DNA of 64,000 bases, taken from positions 2,985,106 through 3,049,105 of the forward strand of contig CAVNZM010000003.1 in assembly GCA_963693365.1 (NCBI GenBank), written 5' to 3'. Position 1 is the first letter of the stretch. The number at the start of each line of letters is the position of its first letter. Both the position numbers and the translations under genes were made by a program. This DNA is from Amoebidium appalachense (taxonomy: Eukaryota; Protista; Ichthyosporea). Shown piece by piece: positions 45,761-59,054 of this stretch. The notes beneath the pieces are model-generated. The model did not search any database. It was not told the origin of the DNA and saw only the letters and a program-made list of their open reading frames with translations.

Positions 45761-46494
45761 ATGGCGACCCCAGTAGCTAACGGCAATGGCTCTGCTGCCG
45801 GCGCAGACTTCAAGCGCAAAGCCGTAAGCACCCGCACATATCCTATCTCACCACCCACCTACCAGACTATACTCTTTGGACTGTCCCCTCCGGGGCTCCG
45901 GAACGGCATCTTGCACTCCTCACCCAGTCTTGCCTGCCCTGAACATTGAATCTAGTTGTGTTGAGTTTATGGTGCATTGACATGGATTCGTTTTTATTCT
46001 TTTTGTTCGTTCTGTGTACCTACCACAGCGCATTATTATCCCTCCAAACCCCCCCCCCCTCTCCACCCACACACACACACATCATAATCATGGTGTGTGC
46101 TCTCCGGGCGAAGTCTGCTGTGCGAAGTCTGCTGTATGCTTTTTCGTGAACGAGTCTTATTTTTGTCGCTCGTCGTGAGCGTTACTATATGATCTGTAAC
46201 ACATTATTTACCCCCCCCCCCCCCCCCCTCCAACACACCCACACACACACTTTTCCTACTGCAGTCGTACATCGAGCTGGAGCAGGGCCCGCGCACGTCG
46301 TTGATCATCACCAAGGCAGAGAAGGTCGGGGCCCTGGCCGAGGTGCTTGCCTTCTTCGGCAGCAACAACATTACCCTGAGTCACATAGAGTCACGCCCCT
46401 CCCGCCAAGTGAGTGCCAGAAAGGGAGGGGGGTGAGGGGGGGAAGGGGGGGGGGAGAGGGGGGGGGGGGAGAGGGGGGAGGGGGGAGAGAGAGC

Positions 46495-46530
<36 letters not shown>

Positions 46531-47035
46531 CCTGAGCTGACTGGTGGTTGCAGCTCAAGGGTCACTACGAGTTCTTTGTGGACGTGCCGGGCGAGGAGGG
46601 CGTGGTGGCTGGCCTGCTGCCTGGCCTGCAGGCCCTCTGCTCCAGCGTGCTGGTGCTGGGCAGCGAGAAGGCACACACAGGTTCGTGCCCTTTGGGAAAG
46701 GAGGGGGGGGGAAGGGGGAGAGGGGAGGGGGATGTGGGGCAGGCACTGACAGGGGGCTGCAGTACCCTGGTTCCCACAGAGGCTCTCCGATCTGGACCGC
46801 TTTGCCTGCCGTGTGCTGGAGGTGAGGGGATGGGATGGTGGTGGTGGTGGTGGGTGGATGGGTGGCAGGGGAGAAGGCGGGTGCAAACAGGTGTGTAGGA
46901 GTTGACGTGTGCCTGTGCATGGGTAGTACGGGGAGGACCTTGAGGCCGACCACCCTGGGTTCCACGACACAGAATACAGAAAGAGGCGCATAGCCATCAC
47001 CGCCGTGGCACGCAACTACAAGACGTATGGCCACT

Positions 47036-47077
<42 letters not shown>

Positions 47078-49164
47078 GCTATAGGGGTTAGCTAACAACT
47101 GGCTGGCAGGGGCGAGAGAATTCCCGACATCGATTACACGGCGCAGGAGGTCGAGACGTGGGGGGAGGTGTTCCGGGGGCTGACGGCGCTGTACCCCACC
47201 CATGCCTGCAAGGAGCACAGGCGGGTGTTCCCCCTGCTGCAGGAGTACTGCGGGTACAACGACCAGAGCATCCCCCAGCTACAGGCCGTGTCGGAGTTCC
47301 TGAAACGTAGGCACACACACACACACACACGCACACACACACACACAACCTGTGTAAAACCGCAACCGTGAACAAACTGCATGCTCACTGCCAGCTCCCT
47401 TTAGCCTTGCACACCGTGTTCTGAAGGCTCCTTCGGTCGGCAATTGCCGTCCCCCTCCCCCTCTTTTAAGGGATCAAAGATTCCACCCGTTGGAGATCCA
47501 AGGTAATCCGTAATGATGGTCTCTGTTTAAGTGTCTTCCCGTGTATACGACATCCAATGCACATGCACCCTGTCAATACGACATAGCACATGCTCCTGCC
47601 AATACGACATAGCACATGCCCCCTGCCAATACGACATAGCACATGCCCCCTGCCAATACGACATAGCACATGCCCCCTGCCAATACGACATAGCACATGG
47701 CCCCTGCCAATACGACATAGCACATGCCCCTTAATACGACATAGCACATGCCCCTTAATACGACATAGCACATGCCCCTTAATACGACATAACACATGCC
47801 CCCTCACACCGTGTGTTTCAGGCTGCACGGGGTTCCGCCCTGCGGCCAGTGGCTGGGCTGCTGTCGTCACGTGACTTCCTCAACGGGCTGGCCTTCCGCA
47901 CATTCCACAGCACGCAGTACATCCGCCACCACAGCAAGCCCCTCTACACCCCCGAGCCCGACGTGTGCCACGAGCTGCTGGGCCACGTGCCGCTGTTTGC
48001 CGACCCAGACTTTGCCGAGTTCAGCCAGGAGATTGGATTGCTGAGTCTGGGTGTCAGTGATGACGCCATAGAGCGCCTGGCCACGGTAGGGGGGGGGGAG
48101 AGGGGAGGGGGGTGTGGGTGGGTGTGGGGACTGGGGAAGGGGGGTAGAGGGGTGGGGGAGGAGGGGAGAGAAAGGGGTGTGCGTGTATTGGGGGGGGGGG
48201 AGGGGGGTCAAGGGGTGTTTGTGCGCATGGGTGTGAGTCGGTGTGGTGTCGGGCAGGAGGGTAGTGTGTTTGTGCGCGCGCGCGTGTGTGTGTGTGTGTG
48301 GGGGAGGGGGGGGGGGGGGAGGAGGGGGGGGGGGCAGGAACACGGGCTAGGGAGGGAGGGCAGGGGGTAGGGGCTATGTATGTGTGCTCTTTTTGTGGTG
48401 GTGGTGTGTGTGTGTGGGTGGGTGGAGGGGGGGGGGGGGGGGGAGGCCAGGAACGCGGGGCGGGGTAGGGAGGGAGGGCAGGGGGTAGGGGCTACGTATG
48501 TGTGCTCTTTTTGTGGTGTGTGGGTGGGTGGGTGGGTGGGTGGGTGGGTGGGGGGGGGGGGGGGGGGAGGGGGTGAGGGAAGAGGCTAAACGGGGAGAAT
48601 GTGTGTGCACGGTTTGTGTGGACTGCAAGGGATCACCATTTGTGTGCTGACTGGGGGCGCAGAACTATTGGTTCACGGTGGAGTTCGGGCTGTGCAAGGA
48701 GGGGGGCCATGTGCGGGCCTATGGGGCCGGGCTGCTGTCGTCGTTTGGGGAGCTGCAGTACTGCATCAGCGACAAGCCCGAGCTCAGGCCGTACGAGCCC
48801 AGCACGGTGGCGGCCACCAAGTACCCCATCACCATGTACCAGCCAGTCTACTACGTGGCAGAGAACTTTGAGGATGCAAAGCGCAAGCTCAGGTAAAGGG
48901 GTGCCTGCAGGGGGGGGGGGGGGGGGGGGGGGGGGAGGATGAGTTGGGGGCAAAGACACTGACCCGTGGGTGGGTGCACGCAGGGAGTTTGGCAAGACGC
49001 TGAGCCGGCCGTTCACGCTGCGCTACAATGCCTACACGGAGAGTGTGGAGGTGCTGGACACACAGGGCCACATCACACGGCTGGCCCATGCCATCAGGAG
49101 CGACATGGCCGTGCTGGTAGATGCCATGGACCGCTTGGGCATGGCCCACGGTGACGTCATGTGA
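45761..49164 (+). CDS. PAH: Phenylalanine-4-hydroxylase (biopterin-dependent aromatic amino acid hydroxylase with ACT domain), 9 exons
   Basis: Exons ~45761-45823, 46265-46408, 46554-46680, 46763-46821, 46927-47024, 47110-47306, 47822-48085, 48663-48892 and 48984-49164. Motifs VGALAEVL...[28 protein letters not shown]...[41 protein letters not shown]. One apparent extra C at ~47838-47840. Confidence 0.95.
47573..47800. repeat. Intronic minisatellite (27-bp unit shifting to a 24-bp unit)
   Basis: 'aatacgacatagcacatgccccctgcc' ~5 copies, then 'aatacgacatagcacatgcccctt' ~3 copies. Confidence 0.95.
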
Positions 49165-49486
49165 GTCCATTCTGACGTCATGTGAGTGGATTATGACGTC
49201 ATGTGGGCCCAGCCATAGGCGCCACCCATGTACAAAGAGATATTTATAGGACCTCTCATGCCAGTGTAGCGGACATGGTTGGGCCAAGGCTCAGATAGTG
49301 TTGGCACGTGCAGGCCACGGGTGGAGAGTGTTTTTGGGTGGGTCCGAGACTGGTCCCCTTGACGCAACACAAACACATGCATTGTAAACTGGTCTCATAG
49401 GTGCACCGTGCACATGTACTTCTCTAATAAATATCACCATACCACAGTAACCAGTGTCAGCCTGCAATTTGCCATGCTGTTTCTCC

Positions 49487-49519
<33 letters not shown>

Positions 49520-50436
49520 ACCACCACCACCCACCCACCCACCCCCACCCCAACCCCCCCAACCCAAACACACCCACCCGCCTACCCACGCACACACACA
49601 CACACATACACACACACACACTCACACATGCACATGGATGCTGTGGCTTATAGCGCCTGTATGGTGCATAGTTGTGCTGTGGCATGCACGGCCCACACCA
49701 TGAATGCAGCAGATAGCCCATGCACTGTGCCTGGCTGGAAGGACCGCAAAGGCCCATCGTGATTGGTCAAGATCCACAAAGGGCAGTGAATGGGCACTGG
49801 GTCACCACACCGTTAACCAATGGTTTTTGCACACAGGTGGTAAACGTCCTAATATCTGGAAAGAAGAATTTTTTTTTTTGTGACTGTGGGATTGATGTTT
49901 CGAGGTTTCTTTTCACTTTGCATACATACCAACATAACACATGAAAACCACACATATCAATTGATTGTGTTCTTTCAGTGCCGCCATGACATGATACCCG
50001 AGCACAAGTCACGTGGTTCTTGCTAGACACCCAGTACGTGTGATACTATGCGGCACACTTGAGATCGTGTCTTCTTGCCATTTGGCTCTTGGCCATTGAT
50101 CCCATGCTCTTTAGCAGCATAAAGGTTAAGTACCAGCCACCTCATTTCAACTGCCAGCCCTACCGTCCTGGTACGATTGTTACTTTTAGCGTCTCCAAGA
50201 AAATGGTCTTTCTTACTCTCACGGGTGTTATGGGGCCTCAAGTATGCCCGTCTATTTTAATCTCACTGTACAGCTAAAAGGTTGCAGTCTAATCATACAC
50301 GTTGAAGCAGCACCACAACAGTGCAATGGCCAATAGAATTCTGCCACACCCGCTGGGTGCCTAGTGCTCATTGGTTCCTATCTATCTAGTCCATACGTGC
50401 ATATTCGTCCGATGATTCGTAATTCTTAGCAAGGTG

Positions 50437-51327
50437 CTAGTGCTCCCACAGGGGGGGCACCAGTTCTGTGCCCGTGTGCATCTGGTAGACCCATCTATGC
50501 CCCCTTGGCACATTGTGCATCTCGCCCAGCACGGCCCTGCACAGGTACACCCGCCCACACGTGTGGCCTGCCGCCGGCCTCAGCTCTCTGCGGGGGTGGT
50601 CGTGCAGGTGGCAGCGCTGGTCCGGGTCCAGCACCCAGCCCACACACAGCGCCGCCGCCTCGCAGGCCCTTGCACAGTCGGCCGGGGTGGCGGCCAGCAG
50701 GCTTGCATAGGGCTGGCCCACCAGCGTGTGGTTTGTGGCCCGCCACAGCGTGTCGTTGCGCTCAGAGGCCCCGGCACCCAGCTGCAGGGTGCGCAGATAG
50801 CCCATGTCCACATACTGGCCCAGCTGGGCGGCATGCTGCTCGGCCTGCATTGGAGGGGGGTTAGTGGCTGCATGGCACAGCGTGCAAGGGGCATGCAGAT
50901 ACCTGCCACTGCTGGTGTGCTGGACGGCGAGGGAGTGTGTGCTGTGTGTGCCTGTGTGTGTGCGCGCATCTATACTTGCATGTGTGCGTGCATGTGTGCA
51001 CACGTGCCCGACTGTTCTCGCTAGCCTGTACGCAAGCACACACATGGGTGTTTGTGTCTATGTGTGCCCCGTGCATGCGTGCTTGTGAGAATGTGTGTAC
51101 CAGTTCAGTGGTGTGTATGCATGTTGCTGTGGGTGGCATGGCCCTGCTATTTTGTGCCTGCAAACAGTCCCAGCATGGGCACTCCCGACACGTGTCTATG
51201 CACGGCCATGCCATGTGCTGCCTGTGTGTGTGTGTGTGCAACCTGTGATGCATGGTGTATGTGTGTTCATAGGTTGCACACACACAGACACACACCTGCA
51301 GCATGCATCACAGGTTGCACAAACGTA

Positions 51328-51363
<36 letters not shown>

Positions 51364-51809
51364 CAACACACACACATACCATCGCGCAGTATGCTTCATA
51401 GGTCACGCGTGCACGCGGCGCGCACACACACACGCATACACACATCAGCACGCAGCAGGCATCATGCGTTACTTGCGCACACACACCTCGGTGGCATGCA
51501 TGATAGGCTGAACCCATCCACCCAACCACCCAACCCACCCACCCACCCACCCACCCACCCACACACACACATGATGCATGGTGAGAACGAGTGTGTGTGT
51601 GTATGCAACCGATAATACATGCTGCAGAGGTGTGTGTGTGTGTGCTTGGGGGCACAACCTATGATGTGTGCAAGCGTGCTGATAGTGTGTGTGTGTATGT
51701 ATTTGTATGTGCGACCTAAGAAGGGTGATAGGTGTTGTGTGCGTGCATGCATGCGTGCGTGTGTGTGTGTGTGCATGCAACCTATCATGCATGCTGCTGG
51801 TGTGTGTTT

Positions 51810-51841
<32 letters not shown>

Positions 51842-53871
51842 TTGTGTGTTGTGTGTGTGTGTGTGTGTGCGCGCACGCGCGCGCGTACGTGTGTGTGTGT
51901 CATGTGTTTTTGCCCTCACCTGGTACAGGCCCAGCATCTGGTGGGGGGCCATCTTGTGGTGGCTGACTGGCCGCATGCATGGCCCTATGGCCGGCCACCG
52001 TGGCCCTCCAGTAAAGTCGTCGGGCAGCTTGTAGTTGAAGACGTCAAAGGGCGTCAGGTGCACCCCGTGGTCTCGCAGGCACAGGGACACCCGTACGTCC
52101 CCAAACATGCACGTGCGGTACCTCTTGGCGCACCCCTCGATGGCCGTGCCATTGGCAAACACCGCCTGCTGGCCCAGTCAGCCACCAGCCACATCCCCAA
52201 CACACAGACGCGTCCCCAGCACACACTTGGGCAACCCACAGCCAAAGAAACACGCACGTGAGGCCCGGTTGCATGTGCACAGACCAACAACACTCATACA
52301 CAACACGGTCACTTGCATGCCCTCTGGCGCTCCGGAGGAGCACACGGGGGGGGGGGGGGGAGGTGGGAGCGGTGCACCTGCAATTGCATGCATACACGAC
52401 ACGACACACTGGTATTCGTAGCAACATGCACACCACAGACAGACAAAGACATGACACATACACACACAGGGACACAGCGGTGCCATGTACAAATTTGCAC
52501 ACAGCATACAGACACACACACCAACAAAATGCACTTACATACGCACAAAGACACACAACGACATAAGCGCACACATACACGAAGCATACACACAGACACA
52601 AGGACACGGCAGCACAGGCCCACACAGCATACAGACACACACAAGGAGGCAGCAGCACACACCCACCTTCATGGTAGCCCGAGACAGCAGTATGCCCGAC
52701 CCCCCGTGGGCAAAGCGGGGGCCCTGACCGTACTCTGTGACGCCGTCACAGCCCACAAACTTAGTACCGGCACCCATGTAGAGGGCGTCATTGGGGTTCT
52801 TGTCGGCCACAAAGTGCAGCAGGTTGTCCACGTAGACGTACGTGTCGTCGTCCACCATCAGGTACCAGTCCGCACTCGGGTACTTGGAGTGCAGCTGGTG
52901 GAACCCTGCAGTCCCCCTCAGTCCCCACTTCCCCGCTCCCATCCAACCACAGGCACACGTGGGTACACATAAACAATTTTGCACGACCACAAGGACACGG
53001 GCAAAGGTCCCCCTCCCCACCATCCTCTACACACACACACACACACACACACAACACACACACACACACACACGCACAACCATAGGACTCCAATACACAC
53101 ACACACACACACACACACACAACACAAAGATGCACACACACGCACACGCACAGGCACAGACACCTACTTGCGCGCAATACACATTTTGTTTGCTTGTATG
53201 TATCCCACAGCCGAGTTTTATGCCAAGGCTGCCCCTCGGCCACCCCACCATACCACTTGTCCCGCCCCTTCACTCCTTGTTCCCGCCACCTACCCGGTAT
53301 GTTCTTCACCCCCTCTTCCCCCCCACCTACCCGGTATGTTCTTGAGGGCGTCGTTCTTCCAGCCATCTGTGTCCTCTATCTTGCTGGCCGAGTCTACCCC
53401 GACCTTCTGCTTGGCCAGCCCGTCCTGGCCCGACAGCACATCATTGACCACCAGCCCGCCCACCTCGCTCTGCCGGTCGCCTATGACCAGCACGTTGCTG
53501 AAGGCCCCCAGCCACGTGTGCTGCAGCACGGGCAGCCGCACGGCCGCCACGTCGCCGCCCGTCTTGAGAGCCACGGCAAAGCGCCCCAGCACCTCCTTGC
53601 GCTCGGCCTGCAGCCGCTGCTGGTCGTGCCCGGCCAGCACGCGCTGGTGCACGGCAAGCTGCTGGGCCGACGCACGCGCAGGCACGTCCGGAGGGGGAGC
53701 GCGGTGGACCACAGGCACGCGGGCAAGCAGGGCCGACGAGGTGTGTGCTGGCAGCAGCTCGAAGAACACGAGTAGGGCAAGCACAAGGAGCACCCCGTAG
53801 CGCACCACTTGTGCTAGCGCCACGCAGCGCTTGGCCCGCTGGGGCTCTCCCGCCAGCAGCCCCGGGGGCAT
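50437..53871 (-). CDS. Type II membrane GT31 (Fringe/C1GALT1/B3GLCT-like) glycosyltransferase with a C-terminal PAN/apple-like domain, 4 exons
   Basis: N-terminal TM segment YGVLLVLALLVFFELL; motifs AVALKT, DWYLMVDDDTYVYVDNL, FAHGGSGILLS, GDVRVSLCL, PVSHH; tail ADCARACEAAALCVGW...CHL. Exons ~53871-53331, 52905-52666, 52168-51920 and 50843-50437. Confidence 0.85.
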
Positions 53872-54595
53872 AATGAAGACTGTAGACAGGCAAAATAGAG
53901 CGCGTGAAGGATGCCCAGTAGTGGGCCAAGAGGCACCAAGTGGGATAGGGTCAGGCACCAAGTGAACCAAGAAACAGGGGGCGTGTGGGTGGGTGTAGGT
54001 CACTGAAGGTGCACAGCATATGTGATAGCTGCCGGTTTGCGTATGACAAAAAAAAACACTCTAACGTTTCTTTGTGTGTTGCGCCTTCTGGCTGCACAGT
54101 CTGACAGTGATGCGTGTTGTGAGGACCGTATACAGGGACTGCATGCCCAGCTGCGAAGTTGTGTGTGCCTGTGCTGTGTGCCCGGCTGTGTGCCCGAGTG
54201 CAGGAGCGGCTGTGAGCATCTGATCGGCCGGGTGGCGGCCAAGGCCTCCTTCCTCCCTCTATCCGGATCCTGAGGCCTTTGGACTTGGTGGTTGGATCGC
54301 ATTCCGAATTAAACCGCTGGATGCTGATTGGCTAACGTAGTTTATCCGGCGTGCAGCCATTGGTCAGTGTTTATGCATGCCCATATATGGCTACATACAC
54401 AAACGAGCCTGGCGGCCGCGGCCCTGCCCCTGCAGCCGGGCAGCTCTGGTTGGCACCAACTGTGGGCTGACTGGTATACGGGTCCAACCTGCACTTTATT
54501 GTATGAGCTTGTCCTTGGCAAAATGGCCTTACTAGCTCACACAGCCAATGATTTTGACAAACGTGCCTTGAAACACAACTGGTGTTCCGATTTAG

Positions 54596-54661
<66 letters not shown>

Positions 54662-55411
54662 CCCGGCCAACTTGCGGCCCTCCCCTTACCCCCCTCCCCA
54701 CCCTCCGCCCGCCCACCACTCCCACCCCCATCAGATGAGCACCCCAGCCCAGGGCAGATTCGCTGTCGCCCGTTTATTTGGATGTAGTGTTGTGGACCGG
54801 TCGGCACCGTTGCAAGGGTCACTTGCCAAAAGTAAAAGTCATGTGCAGTGTGGGAAGTCCAATTTGCCCCCACGTCTGTGCACCCAGAGCCAGTTTATTT
54901 GATAACACCTTCATGACTGGCAGTATCCAAGTGCTGCCCTGGCCCACAAGCTATCCTCTGTCCTACGGACTGTCCATAGACAACAGGCTTGCAAACAAAC
55001 AAGTTGGAGGGAATGGAGCTGCCGTGCAGCACCCAGGTGGGGGGGCATTGTTACACACAGCCAGGGCCTCTGGCTGGCACCTTGCCGGGGTTCAAGTGCC
55101 GCTGCAGGGTGCGTGCTCTCATGTGGCGCATAGCCCCACACCAGGGCCACCCCACAGTGTTGGCTGTGTTCGTGCAGGGGCAGGTACCTGCGAAATGCAT
55201 GGGTCTACTCGCTCTGCCCTCAGGTTGCACCCATATGTCTAGCTATGGTCTGTGGGCACATGCACGGATATGGGTAGGGTGGCTCGGTGTGCCACAGCCA
55301 CCTAGGCAGTGTGCCTGGCTGGTGCTGTAGGGCCTATCTGCACACCCAGCTGCTCTGTTTGTGGCCCAGCGGCCCACACAGACCCCACCTCTGTGGCCAG
55401 CAGGCTGGCTG

Positions 55412-56545
55412 CTAGGTGGTTGGGTGCAGGGGTAGGTCGATAGTCAGGCGGAGGCCCCTGGGCCCCACCGTGCACTGCAGGCACTGGGCTGTCACGTGAC
55501 TGGCTGCTATGGCGGCCAAGGGGCCCACGTCCACAAGCACACACACCTCAGCACCCTGCACACACCCTAACCCTCAGCACACCACCCTGTCCCCACCCCT
55601 TCCCCCCCTCCCCCCGGAAAAAAAAAAGAGAGAAAAAGAAAAAGGCGCACCACTCCCCAAACCCGGAACCCACCTGTGCCCTCGGCACCGTGGCCAGGCC
55701 ACTGATATTGCTGAAGCTCAGTGCCAAACTTGGTGTCTCCGCCTCCGCCTGTGCCGGCCTGAGCATATCTCAGCCAGGCCCTCCCCCCCTTCACAAAAAG
55801 CCCTTACTACCTGCCAGACACCAACCTTGGTTCCTGTGCCTGTGTCCTATCCTGGCTGGCCACCCTGTCAGGGCCCACCACCCCTTCAGCCTCAGCCACT
55901 GCCGGTTGGGTCTGTGTGCACACGGGTTGGAGCTGGGCGGTCGCTGAGTCGGTGGGTGGCTGCAGGGCTGCAGGGATACAGGTCAGCACTCACACAGGAC
56001 TGGGGGTTGTGAATATAGGGGTAAAGGGGGGGGGGGGGTCCGTGCTTGAGAAAAGAGCAGGGTGGGAAAGAAGTGAGTGAGAAATGATCATGGCATCTCT
56101 TTGGAGAGCAGAAGGACAAGGGACTGACCCATGTGCAGGGGTGTCCAACAGATCTAGGATAAGCACGAGATAGAGGGATGGCCAGCAGAGGTCTGGCTGT
56201 GCAGCGCTGAGAGAGTGTCCCTTGTGTGCAGGCAAAGAGAGTGCCTGTGGCCCCTGCGAGGGAGGAGGGCATACGTGAGCCCAGGCAGTGCCTTGCATAG
56301 GCCTGTATGGTCCCTTCCTGGAACATGACCCGCACGGCCTGGTTCGGCCCATCCTCTGGCAGCACCACCTTGCCTGCAGTAACCGTCAGCCCCACCCCCC
56401 TCCCAGACACGCACACACACAGGCAAGCACGCACCTTCGTACCAGCCTTCGCCTGCCGGGCCCAGCCTCCTAAACCACATCTTGCTGCCTCTGGCCGGGG
56501 CCTCTGCCGTGCGCGGGCCCACCAGCAGGCCCTGCTGCGCCACCT
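55412..56545 (-). CDS. Hypothetical spliced protein with an N-terminal Tudor/Agenet-like motif (start uncertain)
   Basis: Five GT-AG exons (~56543-56435, 56373-56274, 55968-55812, 55758-55674, 55555-55412) join in frame: ...KMWFRRLGPAGEGWYEGKVVLPEDGPNQAVRVMFQEGTIQAYARHCLGS...GLRLTIDLPLHPTT*. Confidence 0.5.
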
Positions 56546-56836
56546 AGCCCTGCCCAAGCCCGTGGCGGTAGGCCGGCAGCCGCGCCATGGTGCCTGTCGC
56601 TACAGCAGCCACGCAGCATGTGCCCTCACTTGCTGTGGCTGCAGCTGGGTGCCGCAGTGGCAGCTCACCTTGGCACACAGCTGCGCGACTCCACTGCGCA
56701 ACTGCGGATCTGATTCATCGATCAGCCGTCAGCAGCAGCACACAGGAGACACCACGGCTTTTTTCAGAGGGCCGTGGGAGACACAGACAACAAGTCGGCC
56801 CAGGCCCTCCCCAGCGCGCAGTCTCAGACCGGCGCC

Positions 56837-58146
56837 ATGAGCGGCAAGCGCGGCGGGGCAGCTAGCCGGTCGCAGGCCAAGCGCCAGGAGAGGGAGCGGC
56901 TGGCGCGAGACGCCGTGCTGGCGTCCTTTGCGGCCTTCTACACAGGTTTCTACGGCGACCGCTGGCCCGCCCTGGTGGCGGCGCTGCAGGGCGACAGTCC
57001 GCCCTGTGCGCTGGTCAACGTGTGTGCCGACGCGCAGGACACGCAGGCCTGGCTGGACCAGCTGCCGGACGCCGTGCAGGTGCCCGGCCTGCTGCTGCGC
57101 GCCGTCCAGCGCACGGGCCCAGAGCCCCGGCTGCCGCCGCCCGGGCGGGACCGGCACGGGCTGAGCCTGTACTACTGCCTGGACGCAGCCAGCCTGCTGT
57201 CCGTGCAGGCGCTGGCGCTGCAGGCCAGCCACAGCGTGCTGGACCTGTGCGCGGCACCGGGCGGCAAGGCGCTGGCCTGCATGCAGCTGCTGGCCACAGG
57301 CACAGGCACCCTCACGGCAAACGACCCCTCACCGGACAGGAGGAGGCGCCTGGCCCAGGTCGGTGGGTGGCAGCTCTGGGCTCTGGCTGTGCACGTGTAT
57401 GTGTGGGTAGAGGTGACGCGATGCTGTGGATGGGAAGGGGTCGGGCAGGGGGAGGAGAAGGGGAGGAAGGGGGGGGGGGGAGGGGGGGGGGGAGGGGGAG
57501 GGGGGGGGGGGGGGATGGGGGGGATGCCCAGTGGCCTCGCCTGGACGAAGGATATTGTAGCCTTGATGGCAGTGGGGGGTGCCTGGAGAGGAGAGGGTCA
57601 GGGTGTTTGTGCAACAGGTGGCCCGGCTCTTTTTCGTGGGGGTAGTGGCAGCCTCTAGGGCGGGGCCTGTTGGCTAGGAGGGTGGCTGTGCACGTGGTGC
57701 TGAGGGTGTGCACGTGGCCAGGTGTTCCAGGACCACTTCCCCGAGGCCGTGCGGCAGCGCATCACCGTCACAGGCCATGACGGCACCCGCTGGCCACACC
57801 ACGAGCAGGGACTGTACCACAGGTAAGGGGGGGCTGTGTGTCCGCAGGGGCACACATGGGCCTGCACTTCACGCAAATATTGCAGTTGGGTACACAACTA
57901 CTCATATTCACGTGTGTACACACACGAACGGGGCCGCACATACACCTGCAGATGCTCTGACACACACAAAAAAAACCCTGCATATGCACACATATGCATA
58001 CACTGTTGCTGACATCGACAGGCACACAAGTTGAAAATATGAGCTCATGCTTTGCATATGGGATAAGGGGTTTTGTCTCGGTGCCACGTATATCATGATG
58101 AAGAAGGGGGCGTCGGGGGGGTTCTGCTGCTGGTGGTGGTTAGCGG

Positions 58147-58199
<53 letters not shown>

Positions 58200-58419
58200 C
58201 TCCCAAAAATAGTGATTTGGCGTGGCCGTTAATTTATAGACGTCGTGCGGCCGTGGGTACTGTGTGCCACTGGGAAGAGAGAGAGTGGGGAGAGGGGGGG
58301 GGGAGGGAGGGGGGGGGCCTGAGAGTGTGAGCCTCCTGTGCTCTGCTGGCTGCAATATGGAAAGGGTGACCTAGACTGAACCACGAGGCTGTGGATCACC
58401 AAAGTTTTTTTTTTTTTTT

Positions 58420-58451
<32 letters not shown>

Positions 58452-58969
58452 GAAGACAAGGGGGTTAATTGTGTTACACGATTGAGGTTGATACGGTGTG
58501 GGATGCCTTTTAGTGTGCTGTATGGGGCATGGCATGATACAGGGCACATCTCTGACGCTGGTGCAGGGTGCTTGTGGATGCGCCGTGCTCGACCGAGCGG
58601 CACGTGCTGCGGGACGAGCAGGAGCTGGCCACATGGACCAGCAGGCGCCCGGCCCACAACCACAGCAGGCAGGTGGCCCTGCTGCGGGCCGCACTGGGCG
58701 CATGTGCCGTGGGCGGCAGGGTGGTCTACAGCACATGCGCCCTCAGCCCAGTGGAGAACGACCAGGTCGTGGAGAAGGTCGTGAGGAGGCTGGGCAGGCG
58801 GTTCACTCTCCGACTGGTCAGGCCCCAATACCCGTTTGGGGAGGCCACACAGCTGGGCTGGATCGTGCTGCCCGACACGGGCCAGGGCAGGGGGCCATTG
58901 TACATCAGTGTGGTGGACAAGGTGGGCGTGAGGGAGGAGGCCAGCGACAGTGAGAGCAGTGACGAGTAG
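56837..58969 (+). CDS. NOL1/NOP2/Sun-family RNA m5C methyltransferase, NSUN3/NSUN4-like, 3 exons
   Basis: Motifs YYCLDAASLL, VLDLCAAPGGKA, AND, LVDAPCS and VYSTCALSPVEND (both catalytic cysteines). Exons ~56837-57358, 57722-57822 and 58568-58969. Confidence 0.92.
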
Positions 58970-59054
58970 ATGCACGAACGCGGGGGCGCATGAATGGTGG
59001 GCGGGTTTATTTTTAGCAGGGCCCAATGGGCCAACCAGCTGGCACGGCACCCAC

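Noticed and set aside
47836-47842. PAH as a pseudogene or programmed frameshift
   Set aside because: There is a single extra C in a short C run and all other motifs are intact. A sequencing error is most likely; raw reads are needed to confirm.
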